A stretch of DNA of 64,000 nt, from contig CAUYUJ010000199.1 in the NCBI GenBank assembly GCA_963575745.1, positions 1-64,000 on the forward strand, given 5' to 3'. The position numbers were made by a program, and so were the translations under genes. This DNA comes from Prorocentrum cordatum. Lineage: Eukaryota. Positions 34,714 through 47,257 of this stretch are shown here, piece by piece. Below the pieces are notes generated by a model, which searched no databases, was not told where the DNA came from, and worked only from the letters and a program-made list of their open reading frames with translations. Every line of letters starts with the position of its first letter. Positions within the stretch are counted from its first letter, which is position 1.

Positions 34714-35245
34714 GTGTATACATACATGCACACATACAAGCAGCCATACGTACATGCATGCATGCATGCAAACTTACATGCATCCATACATACGCGTACA
34801 TACATACATGCATACATACATACATACATGCATGCATGCATGCATGCATGCATGCATACATACATACATACATACGTACATACATTCCTTCATACATACA
34901 TACATACATACATACATACATACATACATACATACATACATACATACATACATGCATACATACATACATACATACACACACATACATACATACATACATG
35001 CATTCATGCATGCATGCATACATACATACATGCATACAGATATACACACCATACATACATACATGTATGCATGCATACACCTACCTACCTACCTACCTAC
35101 CTACCCACCTACCTACCTACCTACCTACCGACCTACCCACATACAAACATACTTACATGCATCCATACATGCATGCATACATACATACATGCATACATGC
35201 ATGCATACATACATACATGCATACATGCATACACACATATATGTG
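34660..35245. repeat. Compound microsatellite (TA)n/(CATA)n/(CATG)n/(CTAC)n
   Basis: Read directly from the sequence. Confidence 0.95.
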
Positions 35246-35654
35246 AACACATCTGTTTGTATGTCATACTCGTATATTTACAGATGACGAGGGTCGAGGA
35301 CAGAGGTCGGGGGGCTCCAAACGGTGTGCTGACCATACCGTTTTGTGAGTCGTTGGGCATCCAGGGTCGCCGCACGATTTTGTGACTTGTGTCGGTCTCA
35401 GTCTCGGGCGACTGGGGCTTCCGAGATCCCAAATCCGTGTAGTGACGGACCTTGCGGTGAGGTCTTCGCGGATTTCGATGCCACCGCTGGGTCTTTCACC
35501 ACACGGTTCTGGGATCCCCAAAGAGGGCCCGCATTTCCGACGCAGTTTTGGTTTTCGGTCCGGGCATTTTCTGGGGTCAAACACATACACACATGAATAC
35601 ATATATATATATATATATATGCATATATATATATATATATGTATATATATATGA

Positions 35655-37260
35655 TCGAAGACCGAACTATTGACCAGTGATATTTGCGATCTGTTTAACA
35701 ATTCTTCCAACTATTTCGATTAAACAAAGTCAATACTTAATTGCGTTAATTAGTTTTTGATCTTCAAGGTTTACAGTATTTTCAAACAGCGTCACGTTCT
35801 TTATCTTTTGTTACGCATTCATCTACATCATATTTACATGTTCGTATCATCTAATGTTTTGTCTACCTCAAAAGAATTAACCCGTTTGAATAATTTACGA
35901 CATCAGATATCAAAAGGATGTATTCTAATATCGTTTTGATACCGTTTACTTTATATGAGGTATTTTCAAACTCATTCCTCTTATTCTTAGAACTTCCCAG
36001 GCTATCTAGTACTTGAATACTACTTTTGCGAAGCCAAGGTAAACATCAAGCACATGAAGAATTTTTGGATTTCGATCAACTTTAGGGTGGTGCTGGTTAT
36101 TCAAAAAACAAGAACATCGTCCTAAAGTGATACAGATTCGTAATATAATATTATTTGAATAATCTCAAGTATTGAAACATTTTTTGCATATACACATATT
36201 CAATAATTTCAACGGGTAAGACCATTGAATAGCTTGGTTAATCGAATAATTAAACCACTTAACATTACCATCGCCCGCCCCGAGGTAGTGCAGAGCCGTA
36301 ATATTGTATTAATGCAACTATTTCGTTTCAAACTATCATTTGATTTTTTTCTACGGAAGCAACTCAATGCAGTAGATAACCACTTACACGTACCACCGTC
36401 TGAGAGATGAGGCATATTCGTAACAGTTTATGAGTTATGTTATCGAAATCATTAAAATTCTAAAATATTCCAGATTCAATTTTCCAAAATTAGTTATACA
36501 AGGAAAACGTGACGACTCTGTTACAATTGAGGACGGCTCCGATTTTCAATGATCTATTTTGTTTTATTTTATTTGCCATTCAATAATTTGAATTATGTTT
36601 AACTTGTGGGATTTGCTAAACATCAAAATATTGTAAACATTTAGTGATTTTTTCGATAGTTAAAGTGGTAATCGAATTAAACCATTTATCGTTCACATCG
36701 TTCTGAAATGAGGCAGGATATCAATATGCGATTAATTATCAAGAAGATATGTGTTTTTGAATTGCTAAGTAGTTAACACAATAACGAATTCAATCACGCA
36801 CATAATATTTGGTGAACTATCAATAACTCACATCGTAATTGGTGAGCTATCTCGACTCTGCCGCACTTCAGGGCGATGCCGACTAACGTAATTTTCATAA
36901 TTTAATACTGTTTCCGAACATAACATGAACTTTTGAATTATTCAAATGTTCACTGGTTTTTAACATTTCCACAATCTTATTCAATTGAGTTAATCAAATA
37001 ATTAATCAAATCAATCATAAGTAACATAGTTGAAAGTGAGGCAGGGTCGTACTATCATATCATTTTTATAACAATATTGAATATTGACATATTTCATTAG
37101 CGATTACGGCTCTGCTACAATTTTGGACGATGCCGATTTGAAATGATTTGGGTTTATGAAATAGATTCGAAGCAGCTTATGCGTTACATTAGTTTTTTTT
37201 TCAAGCTTTTTGAATTATGTAAATATTTTTGTCTATTAATTCGAATGATTTCTTTAGCTT
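35655..37260. repeat. AT-rich island containing a degenerate dispersed ~35-bp motif
   Basis: Abrupt drop in GC content; ATTACGGCTCTGCCTCACTTCAGGACGATGCCGATT-like copies on both strands; the same motif occurs at 46390-46860. Confidence 0.65.
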
Positions 37261-37309
37261 GGCGGAGGATCCAAACGTATGCAGTTGTGAATGCCGCAAA
37301 TGTGAATGC

Positions 37310-37560
37310 CATCATCGCCCGCGCCCCCTACGTGGCCACGGCTTCCCGCCGGAGGTCGACGTGCTCAGGGGCGCGTTCGTGGCCGTCTTCGCGGGCGCCG
37401 ACGACGACAAAGAGGGCGCCCCTCTCACCGAGGGGCAGAAGCAGGAGAGGGATTTGAGAGCCATGAGGGAGGAGGCGTCGGTGCACGTCGAGAAGGCGGA
37501 GTACGACGCCCAGGCGCGGTTGTTGAAGCAGCGCAACGATGGGCCCACGATCCTCGCGAG
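37310..37560 (+). pseudogene. Degenerate coding fragment, possibly from the Rep-side region of a Helitron-like element
   Basis: GC-rich coding-like PPEVDVLRGAFVAVFAG...EEASVHVEKAEYDAQARLLKQRN near a helicase remnant; the family assignment is recollection only. Confidence 0.3.
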
Positions 37561-38430
37561 GGGTGTGCCGACATGGTGATCGATACTTAGCCCGGGAAAA
37601 TCGAACATTCCCCGAGGAAAACGAACATGCCCCGGTAGCACCAGGGAATGTACGATTTCTGCGGCGCTTCTTTTGCGAATGTTTCGAGCGGGGTCGGGCT
37701 GCAGAATCTTCGAAAGCCAACTGGTTGGCTTACGTGCGACCATTCGGTTTCTGAAAAAATTAGCCTGGCGAAGGACCCAACCATATGCAGCTGCGAGTAC
37801 CGCGCGGATATGAGGCGAAGGAGGGGGCACGCAAACTAGGCCCCTCTTCTCATAGGCACCGCGCCACTGCATGGGCGAGGCACAGGGCGGCGCGGGCAGG
37901 AGGTGGCGGGCGGAGGAGGGGAGCTCACTGGGGCGAGCCAACACATCAGCATCATCATCGCATCATGAGACCTGTCACTGGGCACGCAGGAAGAGGTGAC
38001 GGAGACGCCGTGTAGATGTCGAGGGCAGGTCAGCAGCGGCAGAAAAGAGACGGGGAAGCGCGCGGTCAAGAAGCGATGGGAAGCAGGAGGAGCGAGAGAC
38101 GAGGGGGGGCCTCCAGACCGACAGCGAGCCACGCAGAACGCAGCGCGCAGGCGGCGCCGCGCGAAAGTGCCTGGGAAGTCCTCGCCGACGCGGTCTGGTC
38201 ATCCCGAGGGAATCCCATCGACGCGCGGGGGTTGTCCACTGCGACTCTGAGCCAACGGAAAGCGCCCCCGTACTGCGTGGCGAGGCGTGCGAAAATGGCG
38301 CGATCTGGGAGAAATCCCCCGACAGGCGCCGGTCATCCTCTGGCGGGAAATCCCGACGATGAGCTGGGGTCATCCAAGCGTCAGCGACAACCAGCGCGCG
38401 CCGCTGGCTCGCGCGGGGCCGCTCCCCAGG

Positions 38431-39710
38431 TCAGGCCTCGCGGATGGACTCGCTGAAGCCCAGCTCGCTGGCGAGGGCCGTCGCCTCCCTCCTGCGCCGC
38501 TTCGCGCGCGCAGCAAACTGGTCCTGCTGCCTCCGCAAGCCCCCCGGCGGCCCTGCCAGGAAGAACTCGACGAACGGCGCCCGCATGAGCAGGAGATCCT
38601 CGTGGCGCGTGGCGCGCGAGAGCAGCGCGTAGAGCTCCAGCCACCAGTCGTCGTCCTCCTTCTTGCCGTGCCCGACCTCGCGGCGGCCGCAGTCCAGGAT
38701 CACGCCTGGGCGGCGTCGGTCGAGGGAGCGGCGCGCAAGACAGCCGACGGCCCAGGGCGAGAGTCCACGGGGCCGAGGAGGTCCGGCTGCGGACCGCTCG
38801 CGTTCGAAGGGCTCGGCCGTAGACTGCCCGGTGGCGCCGTTCCCCCGCCCCGCCGCCTTCCCGCATGGTGCGCCCCTGGCACGCCACCGTGGTGATGACC
38901 CTGCCGTGTGAAAACGGGGGGCCCGCCCGGGTGACCTTGGAGGTGCGGAAGGTGAACGGCCCCGACGTGCGGGGCTCGATGAACACCAGCGGGCCCGCGA
39001 GGTCCCCCGTGAGGCTGTCGTCGTGGCGCTTCAGGTCGTCCACGAAGGGCGCGCCCGCGTACTTCTCCATGCGCGCCCGGAACCCCTGGGGCAAGCGCTT
39101 CAGATATATCCTCTTCTCTCCGCCCCTCTCGGCCCTCTCGGCGTCGCCCCGATCCCGAGGGTTCACGACGATGTGCACGATCTGCCCCTCGGCGTCTTTG
39201 ACGAGGCCGTCCTTGAGATCCAGCGCCTCCAGGAGCCGGGTCCGCATGCCCACGTGCGCCGGGGGCAGTCCGTGCATGCCACCGGTGTTCTTCGGGTTGG
39301 CACAGTTCATCATCTTGGCGGCGTCCTTCTTGCTCATCGTCGGGGCAGACCTGTCGGCGGCCTGCGCGAGGAAGAGGGGCTTCTTCAGGACGTCCGCGTC
39401 CCGCTGGGCACGCGCGTTCATCCATCGCGCCACGGTGTCCCAATGCGACCCAATCATGTGGCCGTTCTGGAACCTTTCCCCCCGGCGCCGGCGATCATCG
39501 GGTTGCGGCTGAATGGCGTTCCACGTGGCCCGGATGGCCGGAGGGGCCTGCTTCCCCGGTTTGCGCAAGAACGCCATGAGATCCTTGAGCTTCGGGTCTT
39601 TGAAGCGGTTGGACGCCTGGAGCTCGAAGCACAGCGGCGCGTTGCAGAAGAGCTTCATCACGGCCTGGCACTCTGGAGCGAGGTCGATGCCATAGCTACG
39701 TCGGGTCCAG
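38431..39710 (-). pseudogene. PIF1-family (SF1B) helicase C-terminal fragment, probably Helitron-derived
   Basis: TGGMHGLPPAHVGMRTRLLEAL...GLVKDAEGQIV, motif V-like ITTVACQGRTM, and after a frameshift ILDCGR...LYALLSRAT (motif VI); the N-terminal Walker motifs are missing. Confidence 0.7.
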
Positions 39711-39964
39711 AGAGACCATGGACTGATAGAGATCAAAATTACAAGGTACGGAAGACGCGCTTCATATACTGGGGACGCCCTGAGTTGGAAGCAGAAGCGT
39801 CAAACCTGATGCTCTGCCCGTGGACTGGGACCGTGAGATGGAGTGGCTGGGCCCTCAGAAGCGACTTCCACAGCCCATTCTCTAGGGATTGCCCCAGCGG
39901 TTCCAGCCGCCCGATAGCCACCCAGACGTGCCAACGCATGTGTCACCAGAGTCTCGAGCTCCCC

Positions 39965-41078
39965 CCGACCTTCGGTGGAGCTCCCTGTGGGGCCACGAAA
40001 CGCGTGAGGGGTGTGCCGAAATGGGCGCGGCGGGCGGCATGCGAGGTCTGCCACTGGGGCCTTCGGTCGAGCTCCCTATGGGGCCACGAAACGTGTGCCG
40101 AAATGGGGTGGCGGCGGCGTGCGAACGCAGCCATTTGGGCCTTCGGTGGAGCTCCCTGTGGGGCCACGCAACGTGTGAGGGGTGTGCCAAAATGGGGTGG
40201 CGGCGGCATGCGAACGCAGCCATTTGGGCCTTAGATGGAGCTCCCTATGGGGCCACGAAGCGTGTGTGGGGTGTACCAAAAGTGGGTGGCGGCGGCATGC
40301 GGACGCAGCTCGGTGGAGCTCCCCATGTGGCCACGAAGCGTGTAAGGGGTGTGCCAAAAATGGGGTGGCGGCGGCATGCGGACGCAGCCATTTGGGCCTT
40401 AGATGGAGCTCCCTATGGGGCCACGAAACGTGTGAGGGGTGTGCCAAATTGGGCGGCGGCGGGCATGCGGACGCAGCATTTGGGCTTCGGAAGGCCATCC
40501 CATGGGGCAACGAAAACGTAAGGGTGTGCCAAAACATTGGGCGGCGGCGGGCATGCGGACGCAGCATTGGGCCTAAGATGGAGCTCCCTATGGGGCCACG
40601 AAGCGTGTGGGGTGTGTGTGTGTGTGTGTGCCAAAATTGGGTGGCGGCGGCATGCGGACGCAGCCATTTGGGCCTTCGGTGGAGCTCCCTATGGGGCTAC
40701 GAAGCGTGTGAGGGGTGTGCCAAAATTGGGTGGCGGCGCAATGCGGACGCAGCCATTTGGGCCTTCGGTGGAGCTCCCCATGGGGCCACGAAGCGTGTAA
40801 GGGGTGTGCCAAACATGGGGTGGCGGCGGCATGCGGACGCAGCCATTTGGGCCGTAGATGGGGCTCCCTATGGGACCACGAAACGTGTGAGGGGTGTGCC
40901 ACAATTGGGTGGCGGCGGCATGCGGACGCAGCCATTTGGGCCTTCGGTGGAGTTCCCTATGGGGCCACGAAGCGTGTGAGGGGTGTGCCAAAATTGGGCG
41001 GTGGCGGCATGCGGACGCAGCCATTTGGGCTTTCGGTGGGGCTCCCTATGGGGCCACGAAACGTGTGAGGGGTGTGCC

Positions 41079-41159
<81 letters not shown>

Positions 41160-41343
41160 AGTGATGATGATGATCATGATGACCGACAGCCACGATGTGG
41201 ATGATGATGATGACGATACTCATGATGATGAGCATGATGAGGATGGTGATGATGATGGGAGGAGGGGGGAGGGGGCAGCGGGAGGAGGAACGCGGGGCAC
41301 CGTCTCTTCAAAACGAGGACCCAACACCACAGGATGGTTGGGA
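39965..41343 (+). repeat. ~89-bp satellite array followed by (GAT)n and a conserved terminal hairpin motif
   Basis: Unit core GCCTTCGGTGGAGCTCCCTATGGGGCCACGA; terminus GTCTCTTCAAAACGAGGACCCAACACCACAGGATGGTTGGGA at 41302-41343. Confidence 0.85.
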
Positions 41344-41399
41344 AAAAAACACACCGGGGAATGTCTGATCTCGGTGTGCTCGCGCGTTGTAGTACTGCT

Positions 41400-41506
41400 A
41401 TTGGTAATGGTGGTGGAAATGATCGTGGTAATGGTTGCGGTAGTGGACGTGGTAGTGGTAGTGGCCGCGGTAGTAGTAGTGGTAGTAGTGGTAGTAGTAG
41501 TAGTAA

Positions 41507-41553
<47 letters not shown>

Positions 41554-41579
41554 CGTAGTAGTAGTGGTAGTAGTAAGTC

Positions 41580-41631
<52 letters not shown>

Positions 41632-41636
41632 TCGTG

Positions 41637-41674
<38 letters not shown>

Positions 41675-41675
41675 C

Positions 41676-41716
<41 letters not shown>

Positions 41717-41781
41717 CGTCGTAGTGGTAGTAGTACTAGGAGTAGGAGTCGGAATAGGAGTAGGAGTAGGAGTAGGAGTAG

Positions 41782-41830
<49 letters not shown>

Positions 41831-41851
41831 CGTAGTCGTAGTCGTAGTCGT

Positions 41852-41883
<32 letters not shown>

Positions 41884-41890
41884 TAGAAGC

Positions 41891-41943
<53 letters not shown>

Positions 41944-41967
41944 CAATCGTAGTAGTAGTAGTAGTAG
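41400..41967. repeat. (TAG)n microsatellite
   Basis: Read directly from the sequence. Confidence 0.95.
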
Positions 41968-42443
41968 TTGTTGTTCTCCTCCTCCTCCCCCTCCTCCTCC
42001 TCCTCCTCCTCCTCGTTGTTTTTCTCTTCCTGGCCGAACCGAACGGGCGGGCGGGCCGTCCGACGCGGTTTCGCACCTTGGGGACATGTTTCAGGCCCCG
42101 CGGCCCGAACATGGCTTCCAGGGTCCGCAGAAGCCTTTCAGAAACCCGTGCACAAGCCTTTCGGAAGCCTCCCAGAAACCCATTCAGAAGCCTCTCGGAA
42201 GCCTCCCAGAAACGCTTCTCAGAAACCCATTCAGAAGCCTCTCGGAAGCCTATCAGAAACCCATTCAGAAGCCTCTCGGAAGCCTATCAGAAACCCATCC
42301 AGCAGCTTCTCAGAAGCCTCATAGAGTACTCTCAGAAGCCTCATATAATATTCTCAGAAACCCCATCAGAAGCTTCTCAGAAGCCTCATTTGAGGGAGTT
42401 TCTGTGGAACTCACGTCATCCTCACCCCCGGCGCGAAGAGCAC

Positions 42444-44510
42444 GAGCCCAGAGCGGCCTCCGGCACCGTTTCCGGACGGATCCGCTGGATCCGCTGGATC
42501 CGCTGGATCCGCTGGATCCGGTGACGAATCCCAAACCGGCGCCCTCGCCTGAGACATCCTCACAAAACGGGCCCCGGGGGGGATGCCCAGAGGAGCCCAG
42601 AGCGGCCTCCGGCACCGTTTCCGGACGGATCCGCTGGATCCGCTGGATCCGCTGGATCCGGTGACGAATCCCAAACCGGCGCCCTCGCCTGAGACATCCT
42701 CACAAAACGGGCCCCGGGGGGGATGCCCAGAGGAGCCCAGAGCGGCCTCCGGCACCGTTTCCGGACGGATCCGCTGGATCCGCTGGATCCGGTGACGAAT
42801 CCCAAACCGGCGCCCTCGCCTGAGACATCCTCACAAAACGGGCCCCGGGGGGGATGCCCAGAGGAGCCCAGAGCGGCCTCCGGCACCGTTTCCGGACGGA
42901 TCCGCTGGATCCGCTGGATCCGGTGACGAATCCCAAACCGGCGCCCTCGCCTGAGACATCCTCACAAAACGGGCCCCGGGGGGGATGCCCAGAGGAGCCC
43001 AGAGCGGCCTCCGGCACCGTTTCCGGACGGATCCGCTGGATCCGCTGGATCTGGTGACGAATCCCAAACCGGCGCCCTCGCCTGAGACATCCTCACAAAA
43101 CGGGCCCCGGGGGGGATGCCCAGAGGAGCCCAGAGCGGCCTCCGGCACCGTTTCCGGACGGATCCGCTGGATCCGCTGGATCCGCTGGATCCGGTGACGA
43201 ATCCCAAACCGGCGCCCTCGCCTGAGACATCCTCACAAAACGGGCCCCGGGGGGGATGCCCAGAGGAGCCCAGAGCGGCCTCCGGCACCGTTTCCGGACG
43301 GATCCGCTGGATCCGCTGGATCCGCTGGATCCGGTGACGAATCCCAAACCGGCGCCCTCGCCTGAGACATCCTCACAAAACGGGCCCCGGGGGGGATGCC
43401 CAGAGGAGCCCAGAGCGGCCTCCGGCACCGTTTCCGGACGGATCCGCTGGATCCGCTGGATCCGCTGGATCCGGTGACGAATCCCAAACCGGCGCCCTCG
43501 CCTGAGACATCCTCACAAAACGGGCCCCGGGGGGGATGCCCAGAGGAGCCCAGAGCGGCCTCCGGCACCGTTTCCGGACGGATCCGCTGGATCCGCTGGA
43601 TCCGGTGACGAATCCCAAACCGGCGCCCTCGCCTGAGACATCCTCACAAAACGGGCCCCGGGGGAGGTGCCCAGAGGAGCCCAGAGCGGCCTCCGGCACC
43701 GTTTCCGGACGGATCCGCTGGATCCGGTGGATCCGCCGACGAATCCCAAACCGGCGCCCTCGCCTGAGACATCCTCACAAAACGGGCCCCGGGGGAGATG
43801 CCCAGAGGAGCCCAGAGCGGCCTCCGGCACCGTTTCCGGACGGATCCGCTGGATCCGGTGGATCCGCCGACGAATCCCAAACCGGCGCCCTCGCTTGAGA
43901 CATCCTCACAAAACCGGCCCCGGGGGAGGTGCCCAGAGGAGCCCAGAGCGGCCTCCGGCACCGTTTCCGGACAGATCCCGATCCGGTGGATCCGCCGACG
44001 AATCCCAAACCGGCGCCCTCGCTTGAGACATCCTCACAAAACCGGCCCCGGGGGAGGTGCCCAGAGGAGCCCAGAGCGGCCTCCGGCACCGTTTCCGGAC
44101 AGATCCGCTGGATCCGGTGGATCCGCCGACGAATCCCAAACCGGCGCCCTCGCTTGAGACATCCTCACAAAACCGGCCCCGGGGGAGGTGCCCAGAGGAG
44201 CCCAGAGCGGCCTCCGGCACCGTTTCCGGACAGATCCGCTGGATCCGGTGGATCCGCCGACGAATCCCAAACCGGCCCCGGGGGAGGTGCCCATGGAGCC
44301 CAGAGCGGCCTCCGGCACCGTTTCCGGACAGATCCGCTGGATCCGGTGGATCCGCCGACGAATCCCAAACCGGCGCCCTCGCTTGAGACATCCTCACAAA
44401 ACCGGCCCCGGGGGAGGTGCCCAGAGGAGCCCAGAGCGGCCTCCGGCACCGTTTCCGGACAGATCCGGACAGATCCGGTGGATCCGCGCCCCGGGGGAGG
44501 TGCCCAGAGG
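42444..44510 (+). repeat. Young tandem array of about 16 units, mostly 131/140 bp, with an internal 9-bp (GGATCCGCT)n VNTR
   Basis: Near-identical units beginning GAGCCCAGAGCGGCCTCCGGCACCGTTTCCGGAC; embedded in (TCAGAAGCCTC)n satellite at 42130-42390 and 44740-44865. Confidence 0.95.
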
Positions 44511-44969
44511 AGGAATGAGGAGGGAGGAGGAGGAGGAGGAGGAGGAGGAGGAGGAGGAGGAGGAGGAGGAGAAGATGATGGAGCTGTGGGGTGGAGGAGG
44601 ACAGACGGAGGCAAGAGAAGGATGGAGGAGGAGGAGGAGGAGGAGGAACCTCATCCTCACCCTCGCCAACAAGCGCACGCACCTTCTTCTATATACAGAA
44701 ACTCCCGATCAACCGCAGAGCGGCCGGCTAGTATAATACTTTCAGAAACCCAATCAGAAGCCTCTCAGAAGTCTCATAAAAAACATTCAAAAACCCAATC
44801 AGAAGTCTCATAGAATACTCTCAGAAACCCAATCAGAAGCCTCTCAGAAGCCCTTCAGAAGTCTCTCACATATTCTACATGGGAATCAAGCCTGGGAAGG
44901 GTTGTCCCGGGGAATGTTCGATTTTCCCGGGGAATGTTCGATTTTCCCGGGGAAAGTATTTTTGTCTGC

Positions 44970-46366
44970 CGACATGGCCCGTGGCCGCCGTGGGGGCCCT
45001 GCCGCTGGGGGCCTTCGGTGGAGCTCCCTATGGGGCCACGATCCCCGTGGGGGGTGTGCCGAAATGGCCCGAGGCCGCCGTGCGAAACCCCGCCGCTGGG
45101 GGCTTTCGGTGGAGCTCCCTATGGGGCCGCGATCCTCGTGAGAGCGTGCCGAAATGGCCTGAGGCCGCCATGCGCAGTTTGCCATTGGCGCCGCCGGTGA
45201 AGCTCCCTATGTGGCCACGATCCTCGCGAGGGGTGCGCCGAAATGGCCCGGGGCCGCCGCGCGAGCCCTGCCGCTGGCGCCTTCGGCGGAGCTCCCTATG
45301 GGGCCACTATCCTCGCGAGGGGTGCTCCGAATTGGCCCGAGGCCGCCGTGGGGACCCAGCCACTGGGACCTTCGGTGGAGCTTCTATGGGGCCACGATCC
45401 TCGCGAGGGGTGCGCCGACATGGCACGGGGCCGCCGTGCGCGCTTTGCTATTGGCGCCTTCGGTGGAGGTCCTATGGGGCCGCGATCTTCGTGGGGGGTG
45501 TGCCGAAATGGCCCGGGGCCGCCATGCGCACTTTGCTACTGGCGCCTTCGGTGGAGCTCCTATAGGGCCCCGATCCTCGTGGGGATGTGCCGAAATGGCC
45601 CGAGGCCGCCATGCGCACTTTGCTACTGGCGCCTTCGGTGGAGCAGCTACGGGGCCACGATCCCCGTGAGGGGTGTGCCGACGTGGCCCGACGCCGCCAT
45701 GAGCGCTCTGCTACTGGCCCCCTCGGTGGAGCCCCTGCGAGGCCTAGACCCCCGCGAGGGGTGCGCCGACGTGGCCCGGGGCCGCCATGCGCACATTGCT
45801 ACTGGCGCCTTCGGTGGAGCTCCTATGAGGCCACGATCCTCGCGGGGGGTGCGCCGAAATGGCCCGAGGCCGCCATGCGCACTTTGCCACTGGCGCCGCG
45901 ATCCCCGTGAGGGGTGCGCCGAAATGGCCCGAGGCCGCCGTGCGCACTTTGCTATTGGCGTCTTCGGTGGTGCTCCTATGGGGCAGCGATCGTCGTGGGG
46001 GGCGCGCCGAACTGGCCCGAGGCCGCCATGCGCACTTTGCTACTGGCGCTTTCGGCGGAGCTCCTACAGGGCCAGGGCCAGGGCCCTCGCGGGGTGTGTG
46101 CCGAAATGGCCCGAGGCTGCCGCGCGCACTTTGCTACTGGCGCCTTCGGTGGAGCTCCTGTGGGGCCTCGTTCCCCGTGGGGGGTGTGCCAAAGTGGCCC
46201 GAGGCCGCCATGCGCGCTCTGCTACTGGCGCCTTCGGCGGAGCTCTTATGGGGCCGCGATCGTCGCGAGAGTGGCGATGATGACGATGGCGATGATGCGA
46301 GGGGGGGGGGGGGGCGCGGGGCGCTGTCTCTTCAACGAGGACCCAAAACCACAGGATGGTTGGGGG
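44970..46366 (+). repeat. ~90-bp satellite array ending in the same terminal hairpin motif
   Basis: Same core as 39965-41343; terminus at 46326-46364. Confidence 0.85.
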
Positions 46367-47257
46367 AAACTAGAAAACATCTAATCTTTAGTATCGTCCT
46401 GAAGTGAGGCGGAGCATTGATATTGGGTTCATGAAAGTTCAAAGTTAGTTTAACTTAGTATGCTATTCAATTTATAAATAATTCTAACACTTTGAATCGT
46501 TTAATGTAATGCGTAAGATATTGCAGCCCTGCCGCGCTTCAGGAAGATACCGATTACATTATGTTTAACTGCTATTGATTACCGCTTTGCGCTAGTAGTT
46601 CCTAGTAATATTCAAGGGGGGAGCTTCTATTATTTTTTTAAACATTGAATTCATATAATATTATGACCCTGCACCAATTCAGGATGGTGTTAGCTATTTT
46701 TTGTTAGGTTTCAATTACGGTCCTCAAGTATACATATTGAGAATTGATCTTCAGTTAAATAAGCGTCTGACGTTATACATGTTTGGTATTTGAAATACAT
46801 AGTACGAAAACTTGAATTAATGAAGTATTACGCATCCGCTTCACTTTAGAATGTCACGGTTTCAAGTATGTAAAAGGTTTTATCAAGTTGTCCCCGCGCA
46901 AATGCTTTAACAGTTTGTATTCGAAATGCAAAGACATGCGTCATAAACTGCAATATATGTTCAGCGACGTTATATATGCGACTTGCTCACCCGCGTTGCG
47001 GCGCAAATGCCGCTCGACATGGCAGTGGCAAGGCAGTCGTTCTGCTGCAAATTAGATTGCAACTACTCGCGCGCACTCAGAATAATCTTACTTCACTGCT
47101 CTTGACTTAAGGAGCGCGATCTCATCGTTCCAGCGGCGCTTCCGACTGGCGGAAAAAAGGCGCGCGCTTGCGCTGCTTGGCCGCGCCCGGCCGCAAAAGG
47201 CAACGCGCGGCGTCTCTTTCCATTGCCGGCTTCCGCTCAACCACCATGCGCATATGA

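Noticed and set aside
35655..37260. AT-rich island as a horizontally transferred, organellar or CRISPR-like segment
   Set aside because: No credible ORF or RNA gene; the motif copies are degenerate, in mixed orientation and irregularly spaced.
42444..44510. Possible CRISPR array
   Set aside because: Whole units repeat with no unique spacers, there are no cas genes, and the context is eukaryotic.
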